DNA of 64,000 bases from Eledone cirrhosa. Taxonomy: Eukaryota. This document shows, one piece after another, positions 51,897 through 64,000 of the stretch (the first letter of the stretch is position 1; each line of letters begins with the position of its first letter). Both the position numbers and the translations under genes were made by a program. The notes under the pieces are model-generated. The model searched no databases, had not been told where the DNA came from, and saw only the letters and a program-made list of their open reading frames with translations. The stretch covers positions 151,280,001 to 151,344,000 of the forward strand of contig OZ024740.1 in assembly GCA_964016885.1 (NCBI GenBank). The letters are read 5' to 3'.

Positions 51897-51898
<2 letters not shown>
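50980..51898 (-). mobile_element. RTE (Expander-like) LINE with an inverted 5' segment
   Basis: Minus 51594 to 51000 VEKFKYL...VFVPTLTYG; plus ~51625-51898 encodes the immediately preceding RT part (FNVGVG..GCVLTPLL...ETLVLSRK). Confidence 0.8.
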
Positions 51899-51956
<58 letters not shown>

Positions 51957-52218
51957 GATGTTCTGTGTGTTTGTGTGAGTCTTTGACATATATGAATGTA
52001 TCGAGTATGTGAAAGGAATATTCGTTTCTCAAAACTTCCGCTAAAGCCTTTCTTAAGTTGACTAGAACGGGCAAAATGTTATCGAAACCGCGTAGAAAAG
52101 TTGTGCGGAGCAGTGCATGCGTTATAGAATCTTGAGTTGATCAATTGCCTCGGTTGAAGCAAGCAGAATTTTGGCTGCTTACTAAAACGTATAGACACAA
52201 AATAGATAACACACACAC

Positions 52219-52273
<55 letters not shown>

Positions 52274-52689
52274 ACAGCTTTGGGGCAAGCAGAATTTTGC
52301 TTGCTTACTAAATCGTAGACACATAAAAAGATAACACACACACACACACACACACACTAGATAACACTACATGCGGCTTTGACCGGAAGGGTCATATAGA
52401 AGGGCGTGCATGCGTCAACGACACGAGGTCCAAACTGGAAGTGGTCAAACCGTCCACTTATTTCACCGATGATTCTAGAATATACACGTGTCGCCTTAGC
52501 TGGGGAATTTTCCTGATTATATAGGTAAAGTTTAAATTTTCCTGATTATATAGGTACATTTTTCAGTCACTTATTCATTCCAATGCTTAAAATTTTAATT
52601 TCAAATATATCAAATTATTTTCCACAATTTCATTCATCCAAAAGAGTCAATTATTTCAGTTTCTTCTCTACTTTCTCGATCTTTTGCAT

Positions 52690-54672
52690 CAAGACGCTTT
52701 GAAGAGAGAAAGAATATTATCATTATTGGAAGAGAGAAACCTAAGCTTGAAATTAAGACAAAGACGAAAGTGAGCGGCAAGGAATGTTATCGTTATTTTG
52801 ATTCCAAATATTATGAACAATATGAGTGGATGACGGGATGTCCCATTCTGAACAAATTGTTCTGTTTCCCATGTCTGTTGTTTTGTCACCATAGTAATAC
52901 ATGGACAACCACCGGTTACTGCGATTTGAACAATTTGATTACAGCTTTGACAAGACACAAACAATCTCAGAACCACCTGAGTTCCGTAATTGCTCTGAAA
53001 ACCTTTAGTCGACATCGAATTGATACAGAGATCGATCACTGGAAAGCAGTTTCGATTCAGTTGCATAATAGAACTGTTGAGAAAAATCGTGATGTATTGA
53101 AAAGGTTAATTCATTGTGTTGAAATTTTGGCCTGTCAAGAATTATCAATTCGAGGACACGATGAAACAGAAGACTCAAACAATAAGAGTAATGTTTTGGC
53201 TATATGTTAAGCAGTGGCAGAATATGATGATTGTTTAAGATCGCATTTAGATTTCGTGAAGAAAAATGCTAACTGTATATGTTCTGGACTTTCAAGTGAT
53301 ATTCAAAACGAGATCATTAATTGTATAGCTGCTACAATTAAATGTGAAATTAAGCAATGATCGAAAAAACATCCTTTATTGCTGTTATGTTTGATGAGAC
53401 GATGGATTGTCGAATGAAATCTCAATTATCACGCGTTTTGCGATTTGTAGATGAGAAAGAACAGCCTCAAGAAAGGTTTTTGGGATACGTAGATGTTAGT
53501 AAAGATAGAAGAGCTGCGTCGTTGACAGAAGAAGTTCGAAAATTCGTTAATGAATTCAATTGTGGTAAAAAATTCACTGCACAAACTTATGATGCAGCGA
53601 GTGTGATGGCTGGGCATTTGAACGGAATGCAAGCAAGAATAAAGGACATTTTTGGTGCAAATGTCATCTTTGTTCAATGTTATGCACATTCACTTAACTT
53701 GGTACTATTTGGTACAGTTTCAAGTATTCGTGAATGTCGAATTTTCTTTCGAACTTTAAAAGGAATTTCATCTTTTTTTTCTAAATCAACAACTCGAATA
53801 GCTCTATTGGATGAAATCGTTGGAAGGCGATTTCCAAAATTACCTGAGACACGTTGGAATTATTCATCTCGTCAGGTATCTATTTTATCCAATAAAATTA
53901 CTATGTTTTCTGAACTATATTAGAAAATCCAGAGGATTGGAATGCTTTAGAATTAGCACAGGCAAGAGGATTTGTTGCAATCCTCGAAGATTTTCAATTT
54001 AGATTTCTGTTAGTAGTTTTTGAAACGATATTGTGTGGGTCATAAATTCTGTTTTCGATTCTTCAAAAAAGTTCATTCATGCGGTGGAAAACTTCCCAAA
54101 ACAATTAGTTAATATCAAGAACAACAAGTTTGAGGAATTTTACTGTCGAGTTCTGGATGATGTTGCTGAACCACCAGAGGAGCGTGGTCGATATCAAGAA
54201 CCACAAGGTGCTTTAAGAACTTTGTTTAACAACATTTTGGATGAAGTTATTGTTCACGTCGAGCAAAGATTTAAGACAATGGGAGATTTCAAATTTGTTG
54301 AATCCGAAGCTTTTTCCCGCTTATGAAAGAAAATTTCCGACGGAAGCATTTTCCTCTTTGGATATCTATTCAAACATATTTGATTTGGATGGCTTGAAAT
54401 GCGAGCTGAAATCAGAAGTAACAAAATTATTGCCCCTAATTCTGACCATACCTGCTACATCTGCTTCATGTGAAAGATCGTTTTCTTCATTAAAGAGAGT
54501 TAATAATTATATGAAGTGTTCTCAAAGTGAAGAGAGATTGAGCAATTTGGTCATAATTTCCATGAACCTTTTGAAGAAGATGATGGTAGAGCGAGGTCCT
54601 GATACATTTTATGATAAAGTGATCGATGAATTTGCCAAAAAGAATCGAAGAATTGAACTGATTTACAGATGA
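52690..54672 (+). pseudogene. hAT-family transposase relic (ZMYM1/DUF4371-like)
   Basis: KLFCFPCLLF, IRGHDE, MFDETMD, QERFLGY, QTYDAASVM, CYAHSLNL, ETRWN, TIPATSASCERSFSSLKR; multiple stops; TIRs and TSD not resolved. Confidence 0.92.
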
Positions 54673-55954
54673 ATTTTAATAAATATTATTTCAAATTTTT
54701 ATTATTTACTCATATTTCTGACGTAATCAATATTATGACAGACTTGCTGCTAGGTTGTTATTAATGGGGAGACATCATGTTTAGTGGAGAGGGGTATCAA
54801 GACTGAAGATTAGTCTGTTGGTAGACGGGCATTTTCTCATTAAAATTAGCTCACATCACATTTGCAAATGGTGGAGAGGACTGAATAATTTTGCGAATTG
54901 GGGGGGGGGGAGGATGCACAGCCCCACTTTCCGCCATGGCGATTGGACTGCATACCCTGCTTTCCAGGTTACCCTTCGCCACTGGAACTCAGGTTATAAT
55001 TCGACCTCCTATGGTAGAAATTTCCTATCAACATATTGTTACAATCTCTTTGTTTACTGTTCCCATACTGGTGAGTCCCAGTAATCTCTTTCTCTTTCTC
55101 TTTTAATCTCTCACTCTTACTTTCCCTCTTTCCCTGTAAACTTCTAAAATCTATAATTAATTAAAATATTTAACATAACAGGAATACATTTGACTCTTTT
55201 GATATCAGTTGTTTGTAAACATGAAGTAGTGACAATTGTTATTTTTAATCATCATGAAAACGGAAGCTTTCAGAATCACTTTATTCAAATCAAATAATTG
55301 TTCCATTTTATGCTAGATTTCACTAACCTTTTATTAAGTAACGCAAAAGCAAATATGATATTATTAATCTAAAATATCGCCTTTTGCATTCACTGAACAA
55401 ATTTGCATTGATTTGACGCTAAAATGTACAGCATTAACAGACTTACGTAATATTCCGGCATGCATATGTATATTCATATATATACAAAATTGAAATTTTA
55501 AAATATAATCGCCACAATGCATTATTTGTCAATAATGACAAATAATAGTTAAATAAATCGAGTAAAGTATCCCTGGGACGAAAAGGATTGATCAGTTATG
55601 ATTATATTGCATTTTATTACATTATGTTACACTATATCATATTATATTATATTATATTATGCTATATTATATTAAACGCAAATCTTTATTCAAGTTCAAT
55701 ATATTTCACTATGGATTCTTTTATATTATTCTATTACTGCCTATGTTTAGTTTGGTGTAGTAGCGCACCTAAATCTATAAACCAATTAATATATCAGACC
55801 TACTTGTTCGTATCATCATGTCAAAATTATGATAAGTATCGTGCGTTGTTCGTGCTCTTTGCACTTGTGTAAACGATCGAGGTGTTTTTAAATGATGATA
55901 AAAAATAGTATTCAACGCGTAAGTCCTGTATTCGTATGTTAAATGTTTTTTGAT

Positions 55955-56089
<135 letters not shown>

Positions 56090-56281
56090 TGTATATGTGT
56101 GTGTGTGTGTGTGCATAATAGAGCTATGTTTTAAACTGTGGTCAAATCGCAGCTATTTCAGTAGCCGTATATATATATGCACACACACAAACACATATGT
56201 ATATATATATATATGTATATATAGGTATACTCACATAGATATATTCTTTTTTCTTTTAGTCCCGTATCTTCTGATGGAGTC

Positions 56282-56332
<51 letters not shown>

Positions 56333-56361
56333 TGAGCGACTACGTATGTGCGCGCGCGTGC

Positions 56362-56414
<53 letters not shown>

Positions 56415-57102
56415 CGTATGTGTATGTGTCTTTATATCCGTGTTTTTATATCTAGGTTTTATGTTTTGTTCCTTTTTTCTTCTCCCCCCTTTTTTTACTT
56501 ACTCATTTTTATGCGTGTGCATGCAAACAGCTCAATATGCGTGAGTGTAAGTATGTGTGTGTGTGTACGTATCGAACGTATGGATGTGTAAGTGTGCGTG
56601 TGTATATAAGTATGTATATTTTTGCGTTTCTTTTGTGAGATATACGTGTGTGTGTATGTATGTACCTTTTTTGTCTTCTTTTCTTTAATTTTTTCTTTTT
56701 AAATTATTGTTCCATTTTTATAAATATATCGAGATTGATACTTTCCTTTAATTATTACACTCCCTTACCTCTTTTACTTCCGCATCTAAGTGTACGTGTG
56801 TGTAGGTGTGTTTATGCGCGTGCCTTCATATTCTTATGATGTATCTATTCTGTCTGTAGATTACAGACATACAGATACATTTGCCCTAAATTATATATTT
56901 ACGCACACTTTTTCACTATACGTATACATAGGTGCATACACATATATGCACATCTGTGAGCGTATATACATACATATACACACACCTAACTATATTTCTT
57001 GAAAGATTATTATATATTTCATATTCTAATTCATTTGTCTATATCTTTTTTGTTTTTTTGCTTTTCTTGATGAGACTTTCCAAGTATTTACCCATGTTTT
57101 AT

Positions 57103-57180
57103 ATTGCCTCGTCTGACGAACGAATGAAGACGTTTCTTTCATATTCGCCTCATTCGGGAAACCTCTGGTAATGAGGTAAT
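57103..57180 (+). ncRNA. Type I hammerhead ribozyme with long stems (family F)
   Basis: attgcctcgt-CTGACGA-a cgaatga...tcattcg g-GAAA-cc tct gg-TA^atgaggtaat; 10-bp stem I, 7-bp+ stem II. Confidence 0.85.
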
Positions 57181-57280
57181 TGTATTGTATTGATTTTTAT
57201 ACATTAAATTTTGCTCTGATACTTACATAGAGCACTCTTCACTTCTATGACCTTTTCTGTTTTCAACGGAAATTTCAATA

Positions 57281-57334
<54 letters not shown>

Positions 57335-57944
57335 TTACGTCTAAGTCACTTATGTAGGCCATAGTAATTTGTGAACTAAAGATGCAGAGGGATGCTCGGT
57401 AAAGATGATGCAAGATATCTCGTCACAAATTCTAATACTTTCCCCATTCTGCTGCCCTTGTACTCTACTATATTTTATCATATCTGATGGGGTGAAATTA
57501 AAACCCTGTTTCAGTAGCAAATTGTTATAACAAAGGCATTTTGTCTTATGCATCGCAGAGATCCTGATAAGTTTCATTTTCGCTTAAAATAGAGAGATTG
57601 ATAGTAATAATAATCGAGTTAAGCCAGGGCTGCCTTAGTGCCTGACTCACCACTGCATAGTTGTAATTTGGATATACTTAGTAATGCTTTACTATGATAA
57701 ATAAATATAAAATTAATGATTAAACCGACGTTAAGGAATATAAAGAATTTATGCGGTGTGGTAAATATGTACATAAATATATACCAGGTCCAAACACAAT
57801 GGAATCAAACTCCTACTTTCACTGCCACTGTCTCTTCCGCTCTTCCCATCTCTCACTATTATAAGCAAATGGGGGCTCAAGCGATGGCCGCATCGCAGCC
57901 CGGGCGGACAGAATAAAGAAGGAGTTTTCCCGGAGGATGGTGAT

Positions 57945-58646
57945 CTTGTCATATGTATTACAATATACAATTAATTTTGTTTCTGTAATATTTAAGCATA
58001 AGTGTGCTCTGGCATCGATTTTTACACATCATATTTCCATTGAGCTTTTTAAAGAACAACGAAATTGGGATATTTTTATATCTATTTATTTTTGCTTGTT
58101 TTTTTTATTTACTGCTCCCATATATCGTTGAGCTGCTCTATTAGAATGAGTTAATGAGCTATCTTTAGCTCTCCCATCAATCTTTTGCTGTCCATATGAC
58201 GAAAAAAAAAGCACATGTAATGCTTTTATTCCAGCGAGGTGTCATTTTCCTATCTTACAACGGTTACAAATCAGTTCTTCAACTGGTCTGCCTATGAACC
58301 GATTATATTTTGTGATACTAAATAAAAGACATCGCCTATTAAAGAGAATTGGATTTGCTAATTCTACCTTGTTGATTTTAACCATGGTCATTAGTGGATT
58401 GTTTCTTTAAGATTCGAAACAGCTGAATAGGTATAATGTAGGTATAATTAGTAATGTAATTAATATTATTATAATCTGATTACGTTTGTACTTTGCCATA
58501 TGTATTACAGTATATAGTTAATATAGCTTCTATAATATTCTCGCATAAGTATGCTCTGGAATAGGTTTTTTTGCATCATATTTTCATTGAGCTTTTTACC
58601 GAACAAGAAAATCGATGTTTGTATTTAGATTTATTTTTGCTTGTTT
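57945..58646. repeat. Diverged direct repeat (~155 bp, period ~548) ending at (TA)n
   Basis: 57945-58102 vs 58493-58646. Confidence 0.75.
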
Positions 58647-58651
58647 ATATT

Positions 58652-58711
<60 letters not shown>

Positions 58712-59525
58712 GAGAGAAGGGGGAGAGAAAGAGAGTCCAGCAGACATAGATTCTTTGGAATTATACGCGAATACAGTATATACACATACATCAAATACTC
58801 ATATATTATATACACCTAGGTAATCTGGAAGCATCTGACTTGGGGGACACATAGAAATGTCTTAACATACGTCACCCTACCAGTTGACAAAGTCATGCAA
58901 TTCATCAGACCATGTGTTTCTATAAAAAATACAAACGAATAAAAACATTAAAGTTCTCACAGTAGAGTACCAAAAAACAGTGAACAAAGCGAAATCAATA
59001 TAATGCAAATATGAAAGAACTAAACGTTAAGAATAATCGATAACTATATTTTAAATCAAATCTGGCGTCTTAAATCTTGACGTTGGGAATTTTATCACTT
59101 TTACCACTCGTGTATGTCTTGTGTAGAATTCCTTTTTACTTTTCTCTTTTGATATATTTGCTGTTTTTTCCCTTTGGTTTCTTTTTGCTTTGCCCTTTAA
59201 TGCTCAACTTCATTCTGCAAGTTTTATCAAAAGCAACTCATTATTTTTCTGTTGTAATTTTTCATGCTTCCTCAGAAATCGATTTCTTACATAGGTACAA
59301 GTCAAGGGTCTTATTTATTAGAGGTAGGGAACAGTCAATTATATCGTTCTGAATATTTAAGGGATCGTTATTTTATCGACAAGACAGAGTTTTTCCCCTA
59401 TTAGGATTTCAAATGAAAACGCAAAGTACCGGAATAAATATTCTAAGACATTTGTCCGACACGCTAACGATTTTAGCAATCCTCCTCTGTAGGCTGTATC
59501 ATAAGTTAAATTGGATTTTAGTAAT

Positions 59526-59596
<71 letters not shown>

Positions 59597-59644
59597 TATA
59601 TATATATATATATATATATATAAATGTTTATAGTTAAATAAATG

Positions 59645-59677
<33 letters not shown>

Positions 59678-59700
59678 GTAGTTAGATAGATAGATAGATA

Positions 59701-62700
59701 TCTTTCTTTATTTGCCACAAGGGCGCACAAGAAAAGGGGATAATACAAAGACATGCCGGGGATTTTACATACAGTCGTGTAAAAAATATAAAAACAAACA
59801 TTTACAACAATCGAAATCCACAATAGGGGAGAAGCGCCACCAATGGGTTGTTTAATACCCCGTCGATAGAAAAACCCTCAACTCCAGGAGCGTGTTGTGC
59901 AAGTGCTCCTTTCTCCCTTTTGCTCTCTTATTCAACCTACAGGCTTATAAACAGAGAAGGCCCAATCACTCGGGCCATTTTCGCTTCATTCACCCACCTT
60001 TCAGTAAATTTACTGGGGTGCAGTGCATCTCTCTACACTCTGATTCTCCTTCTAAAGTGATACTTAAAGAAGGGAATCAATTGTTGTCCGGAGAGAAAGG
60101 CATCTGTCCTCAGTCCTTTCAATCTCGTCCACGATATAACCTCTTTCACCATAGCCACTGTACAGAGGAAAACCGCCTCTCTTTCGTTTTTGAAAGAGGC
60201 TGGCGGTTTGATCCTTACTATGGACTCGGCAGTCAACTGGATTTGTCCCATACTGCGACAGCAGTTGTTCTGTATTATTCCACAGGTCGGTTACGCCCGG
60301 GCAGTGTACAATTGCGTGCAGGACGGTTTCAATGTCCTGCTCGCATCTTGGATACGTCCTTTTGGAAGGATCCCTGCCGGGGTGTCCGTGCCTGTAGATC
60401 TTGTCACGAACTGGTAGAGTTCCTCGGTAGCACTCCCAGGCCAGGGACCTCTCGAAGTTGTCCATGGGTCCCGAGCGGAAAGTCCTTCCAAACAGACTGG
60501 TGGGTTCATCGTCTTCGACGCTAGAGTCTCTCCGAGCACGTGGTCGCCCTTGTGACGTACTAACCCTCTATAGAATGTCGAAGTGGAGTCTCCACTGATT
60601 GCTGTGCCCGCTTGCCAGAGGACTGTGAGCGCCTGAGCGCATTCAAAATGTCAGGCGCCCATCTTCGGTCTTTTCTTGACTCAAGACTGCAGCTCCGTCA
60701 GCGAGACGAGCTGCGGGAAAGCCTGTCTCACAAATGGTGCCCACACCGGTTGGGGGTCGGTGAGGAATACCTGGAGATGCCGCAGCCTCAGCGCATGTTT
60801 GCGCATCATCAGCCACGGCATTCCCAACCCTCCTTTGGAAGGGTGCTGACAGCAGACGGATCTCCTCACCAGCGGAGCCTGCTTCTTCCACAGAAACTGG
60901 AAGATCATGCGTTCCATCTTGGCGAGGTGTTCACGGGGACAAGCACGACAGTCAAGCGGTAGTAGATGATGGACGCTATGAAAGTGTTCGCCACCTCCGC
61001 TCGACCTTTCAAGGAGAGTTTGCACTCTGCCCACTTCTGGGTGAGCGCAAACACCTTGGCCGTGACCTCGTTACAGTTTTTCTCCTCCTAGAGGTCTGAA
61101 CCGAACCAGACCCCGAGCAATTTTACCGGTCCGTCCGTCCAGCGTCCAACGAGGCTGTCGGACGTCATCGGTTTGCCTCTCCACGTACCGAGTTTCAAAC
61201 CGACAGCCTTGTCCGGGTTTAGTTTTGCTCCCGTCAGCGTTTCGCATTCTTTCAGTAAGTTACCGATCACCCCGATTTTCGAGGTCCTCGACACCATTAC
61301 CGTCATGTCGTCGGTATAAGCCGACGCCGCTTTGCGCAGTCCCGGTTCTAGAGGGATGCCCTGCAACAGCTCCAATTTCCGCAGTAGTGGCTCTAAGGTC
61401 AATACATACAGAATAGAGGAGAGAGGGCATCCCTGTCGAATGGAACGCGTGATTGCGAACGGCTCCGAGAGGTAGCCCTTCACCTTGACCCTCGAGCAGA
61501 TGCTGGTGTGCGTCACCTCGATCCAGCCTCTGAAAACGGGACCTTGAGAACCGCTTCCAAGTATCGATGGTCGACCCTATCGAATGCCTTTGACTGATCC
61601 AAATTGATCAGAGCCCCACCGAAGCCGGGTTTACTACCCACCCTCTCTATGATGTATCGCATGAGGTGGAGGTTGTCGTGTATGGACCTGGTCGGGATTG
61701 CACACGTTTGCGCTTTCCCTACCAGGTTCTCGCCGATAAGCTCCAACCTCGTCGCCAGCACCTTGGCCAAAATCTTTAAATCTATGTTGATCAGAGTTAT
61801 GGGCCTGAAGTTGTTTATTTCGTACCCCTTGTTCTCGTCTTTCCTGATCAGCGTTACTACGCCCTTGTCTGCAAAACTGGGAATTCTCCCGTTCTGCTGC
61901 CAATTGCAGTAGACGGCTTCGAGGACGCCAGAGAACAAGTCCGGAATGCCTATGTAAAACTCATAGGGTAGACCATCTAGACTGGGTGATTTGCGTTTCC
62001 CGCAGCGGCCCAGAGCGTCCCGTATCTCAGTGCTGTGATCAGTCTTTCGCAGAACTCGGCGTCCATGCTCGAGAGACGCGGCAGGACGTCGAGGTATGAA
62101 ACAAAGTCCATTGCCCCGTTCGGTGCACAGTCGTTCTGCTCAAACAGTCGTGAAAAGTGCCGCTGAAAGCCTCGCACATCTGCCTTGGGTCAAGTAGCAC
62201 GCGGCCGTTTTGGGCTTTCAAAGACCGAATCGTGGACTTGTTGCCACTTTTCGCTTCCGCCACTCGGGCCCAGCTAACAGCTTTTGCTCCCTCGTTTCCT
62301 AGAGCACGTGATTTACTTCTGAACACGCAGCCTTCGTGTTTCGGGTCGAAGAACTGGTCCAGTGCCGTTCTCGATCCTAGCACTCTAGCTGCGTTGCTAC
62401 TCCTAAGCGCCTCTTCTACTTAGGCTACTAGTTCTGTTTCTGATTTGTTTTTCTCTAAAGCTAATTCTCTGCTAAACCCTATCGATTCTACTCTAATTGC
62501 TCTCTTGAGAGAGTACCACCATCTATTGTTGACGATGGCTCCCGTCAACTCTTGCTTGACTAATCTACTTATCCGTTCACTGTAGGCTTTTCGTGCCGGT
62601 AACAAAACGTTCAGCTTCCAGTATCCGAGTCCTTGTGTATTTATTCTATCACGGTTGACTATGCAGACGAATAGTTCGTGATCTGAATAGGCAACAATGT

Positions 62701-64000
62701 GCATTTGTGGACAGCTTAACGTCTTCTTGTCCTTTTCTCTAATGAAAAACCTATCTAGATACGATCTAGACGTCCCGCTGCGGTTTGCCCACGTCCACTG
62801 TGGTGCAGTTGGGAAATCTAGTCGATATCCATCGGCTAGTTGGAATTGGCCGATTAGATTTTTGAGGCTATTGCACCCCGCTCTACTGGGACATGCTCCC
62901 ACATAGTCCCATCGTGCATCGAGGATACCATTCCAGTCCCCCACTAAAAGCAAGGAGTGAGACGTTCCCAGAAAAGCCTCCAGACGCTTAAAGAAGTCTG
63001 GCCGCGATTGTGATTGCCTGGTCGGGGCATAAACGGCCACCTGTCTGAAAGCTCCACCTCCAATACTGTTCACGTCTAGGACTACAAGTCTACCCTCCGG
63101 GTCCAAGTGTACTTGCTGTACTTCGAGATCCAGGTTTTTCCGAAACATGACAGTCACTCCCCCTCCACCTCCCGGCTGACAGAGAGATGCGTAGATCTTA
63201 AAGTCATTGAAGATGGGGGTTAGTTTCTGCCTGTTGTGGATCCTGGACTCGGTGATGGCTGTTACATCTATACCGTGTGACCTAAGGTCATTTAAAAGTT
63301 GGCCCTGTTTCCAGAGCATCCCTAGCCCACGCACATTCACACTTCCAACTCGTAAGTCAGCCATGTTGGTGGAGAAGAGTTGGCAAAAAGGACGAAAAGG
63401 TGCACTTATCTTTTCGTTTCCTGGAGATCGGGTTGTTCAATCTCCATTTCAGTTCTGGTGGGGGTGTTGAGTGGGGTGGGGAAACATTTCAACAGGACAT
63501 GGTTTATTGCTTATTGGCAGGGGTTGCCAACGTCCTGTGAAAACTTTTCTTTCAATGTCTGATAGCTCTCTATCGAAACCCTTATTAGTTTTAGGTGTGG
63601 TTGACAGTTTGCTTTTACAAAAGTTTTCCCCTCAGTTTCTACTTTGTGGTCTTGGAAGATGACCTCCGTGAGGTTTTTGTTGTTTGTGTTAATGTATGTG
63701 TATTGTTTTTGTTGTGTTGTTTTGGTTTGTTGCTCATTTTGTAGTTTTCTTTTTATTGTGGGCATTTGTGTTTGTGGTGGTGTTTGTGTTGTTATTTCTG
63801 TTGATGGTTGTGTGTTTGTGTTGGTGATTGTTGTTTTTGTGGCTTTGTGGTGTTTCTTTTTTTGTTTTTTTTTTATTTACGAGACTCTCCTTCATCTTCA
63901 CTTGGGGATGGAGAAGTAGCTTCGTCTGGTGATGAATTGTCATCAGGGGCGTGTGGGAGGGGTATGTGGTGTGGTGATGGTGTGTTTGTGTGTGTGTGAT
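59701..64000 (-). mobile_element. Tx1/L1-clade LINE (end of ORF1 + frameshifted ORF2); continues beyond the window; 3' end at (TAGA)n
   Basis: APE endonuclease SVNVRGL, ITES, VYAP, GDWN, YLDRF, SDH (62420-63364); RT NFRPITL, LDQSKAFDRV, RQGCPLS, YTDD; C-terminal RCEQDIETVLHAIVHC. Confidence 0.96.

Noticed and set aside
52370-54945. hAT TIRs (catgcgg / ccgccatg)
   Set aside because: Match too short and no 8-bp TSD; element boundaries unresolved
58845-58918. Minus-strand CTGATGA within an acacatgg/ctatgtgt stem
   Set aside because: No GAAA box at the required position

Overview
AT-rich eukaryotic intergenic or intronic DNA made almost entirely of microsatellites and decayed transposons. The SINE families and microsatellite load suggest a coleoid cephalopod such as Octopus (inference, no search run). 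No host protein-coding gene can be supported. Recognisable elements: two Helitrons (2063-5740 +, internally deleted and precisely splitting an old Tx1 LINE; 22656-28465 -, near full length), Tx1/L1 LINEs, RTE-clade LINEs (one 5'-inverted), R4/Dong LINEs in (TAA)n, a hAT transposase relic, SINEs and MITEs. The main hidden signal is RNA-structural. At least six sequence-unrelated families of small non-coding elements carry type I hammerhead ribozyme (HHR) motifs. Most are arranged as tandem or head-to-head inverted copies whose 3' ends run into (TA)n tracts, including a retrozyme-like 476-bp tandem array at about 12.0-13.3 kb. Four families share a non-canonical U.U at the base of stem II. A decayed Penelope-like (GIY-YIG) element with the same architecture lies at about 8.0-10.9 kb and is the likely type of mobilising partner. 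All calls were made by eye.
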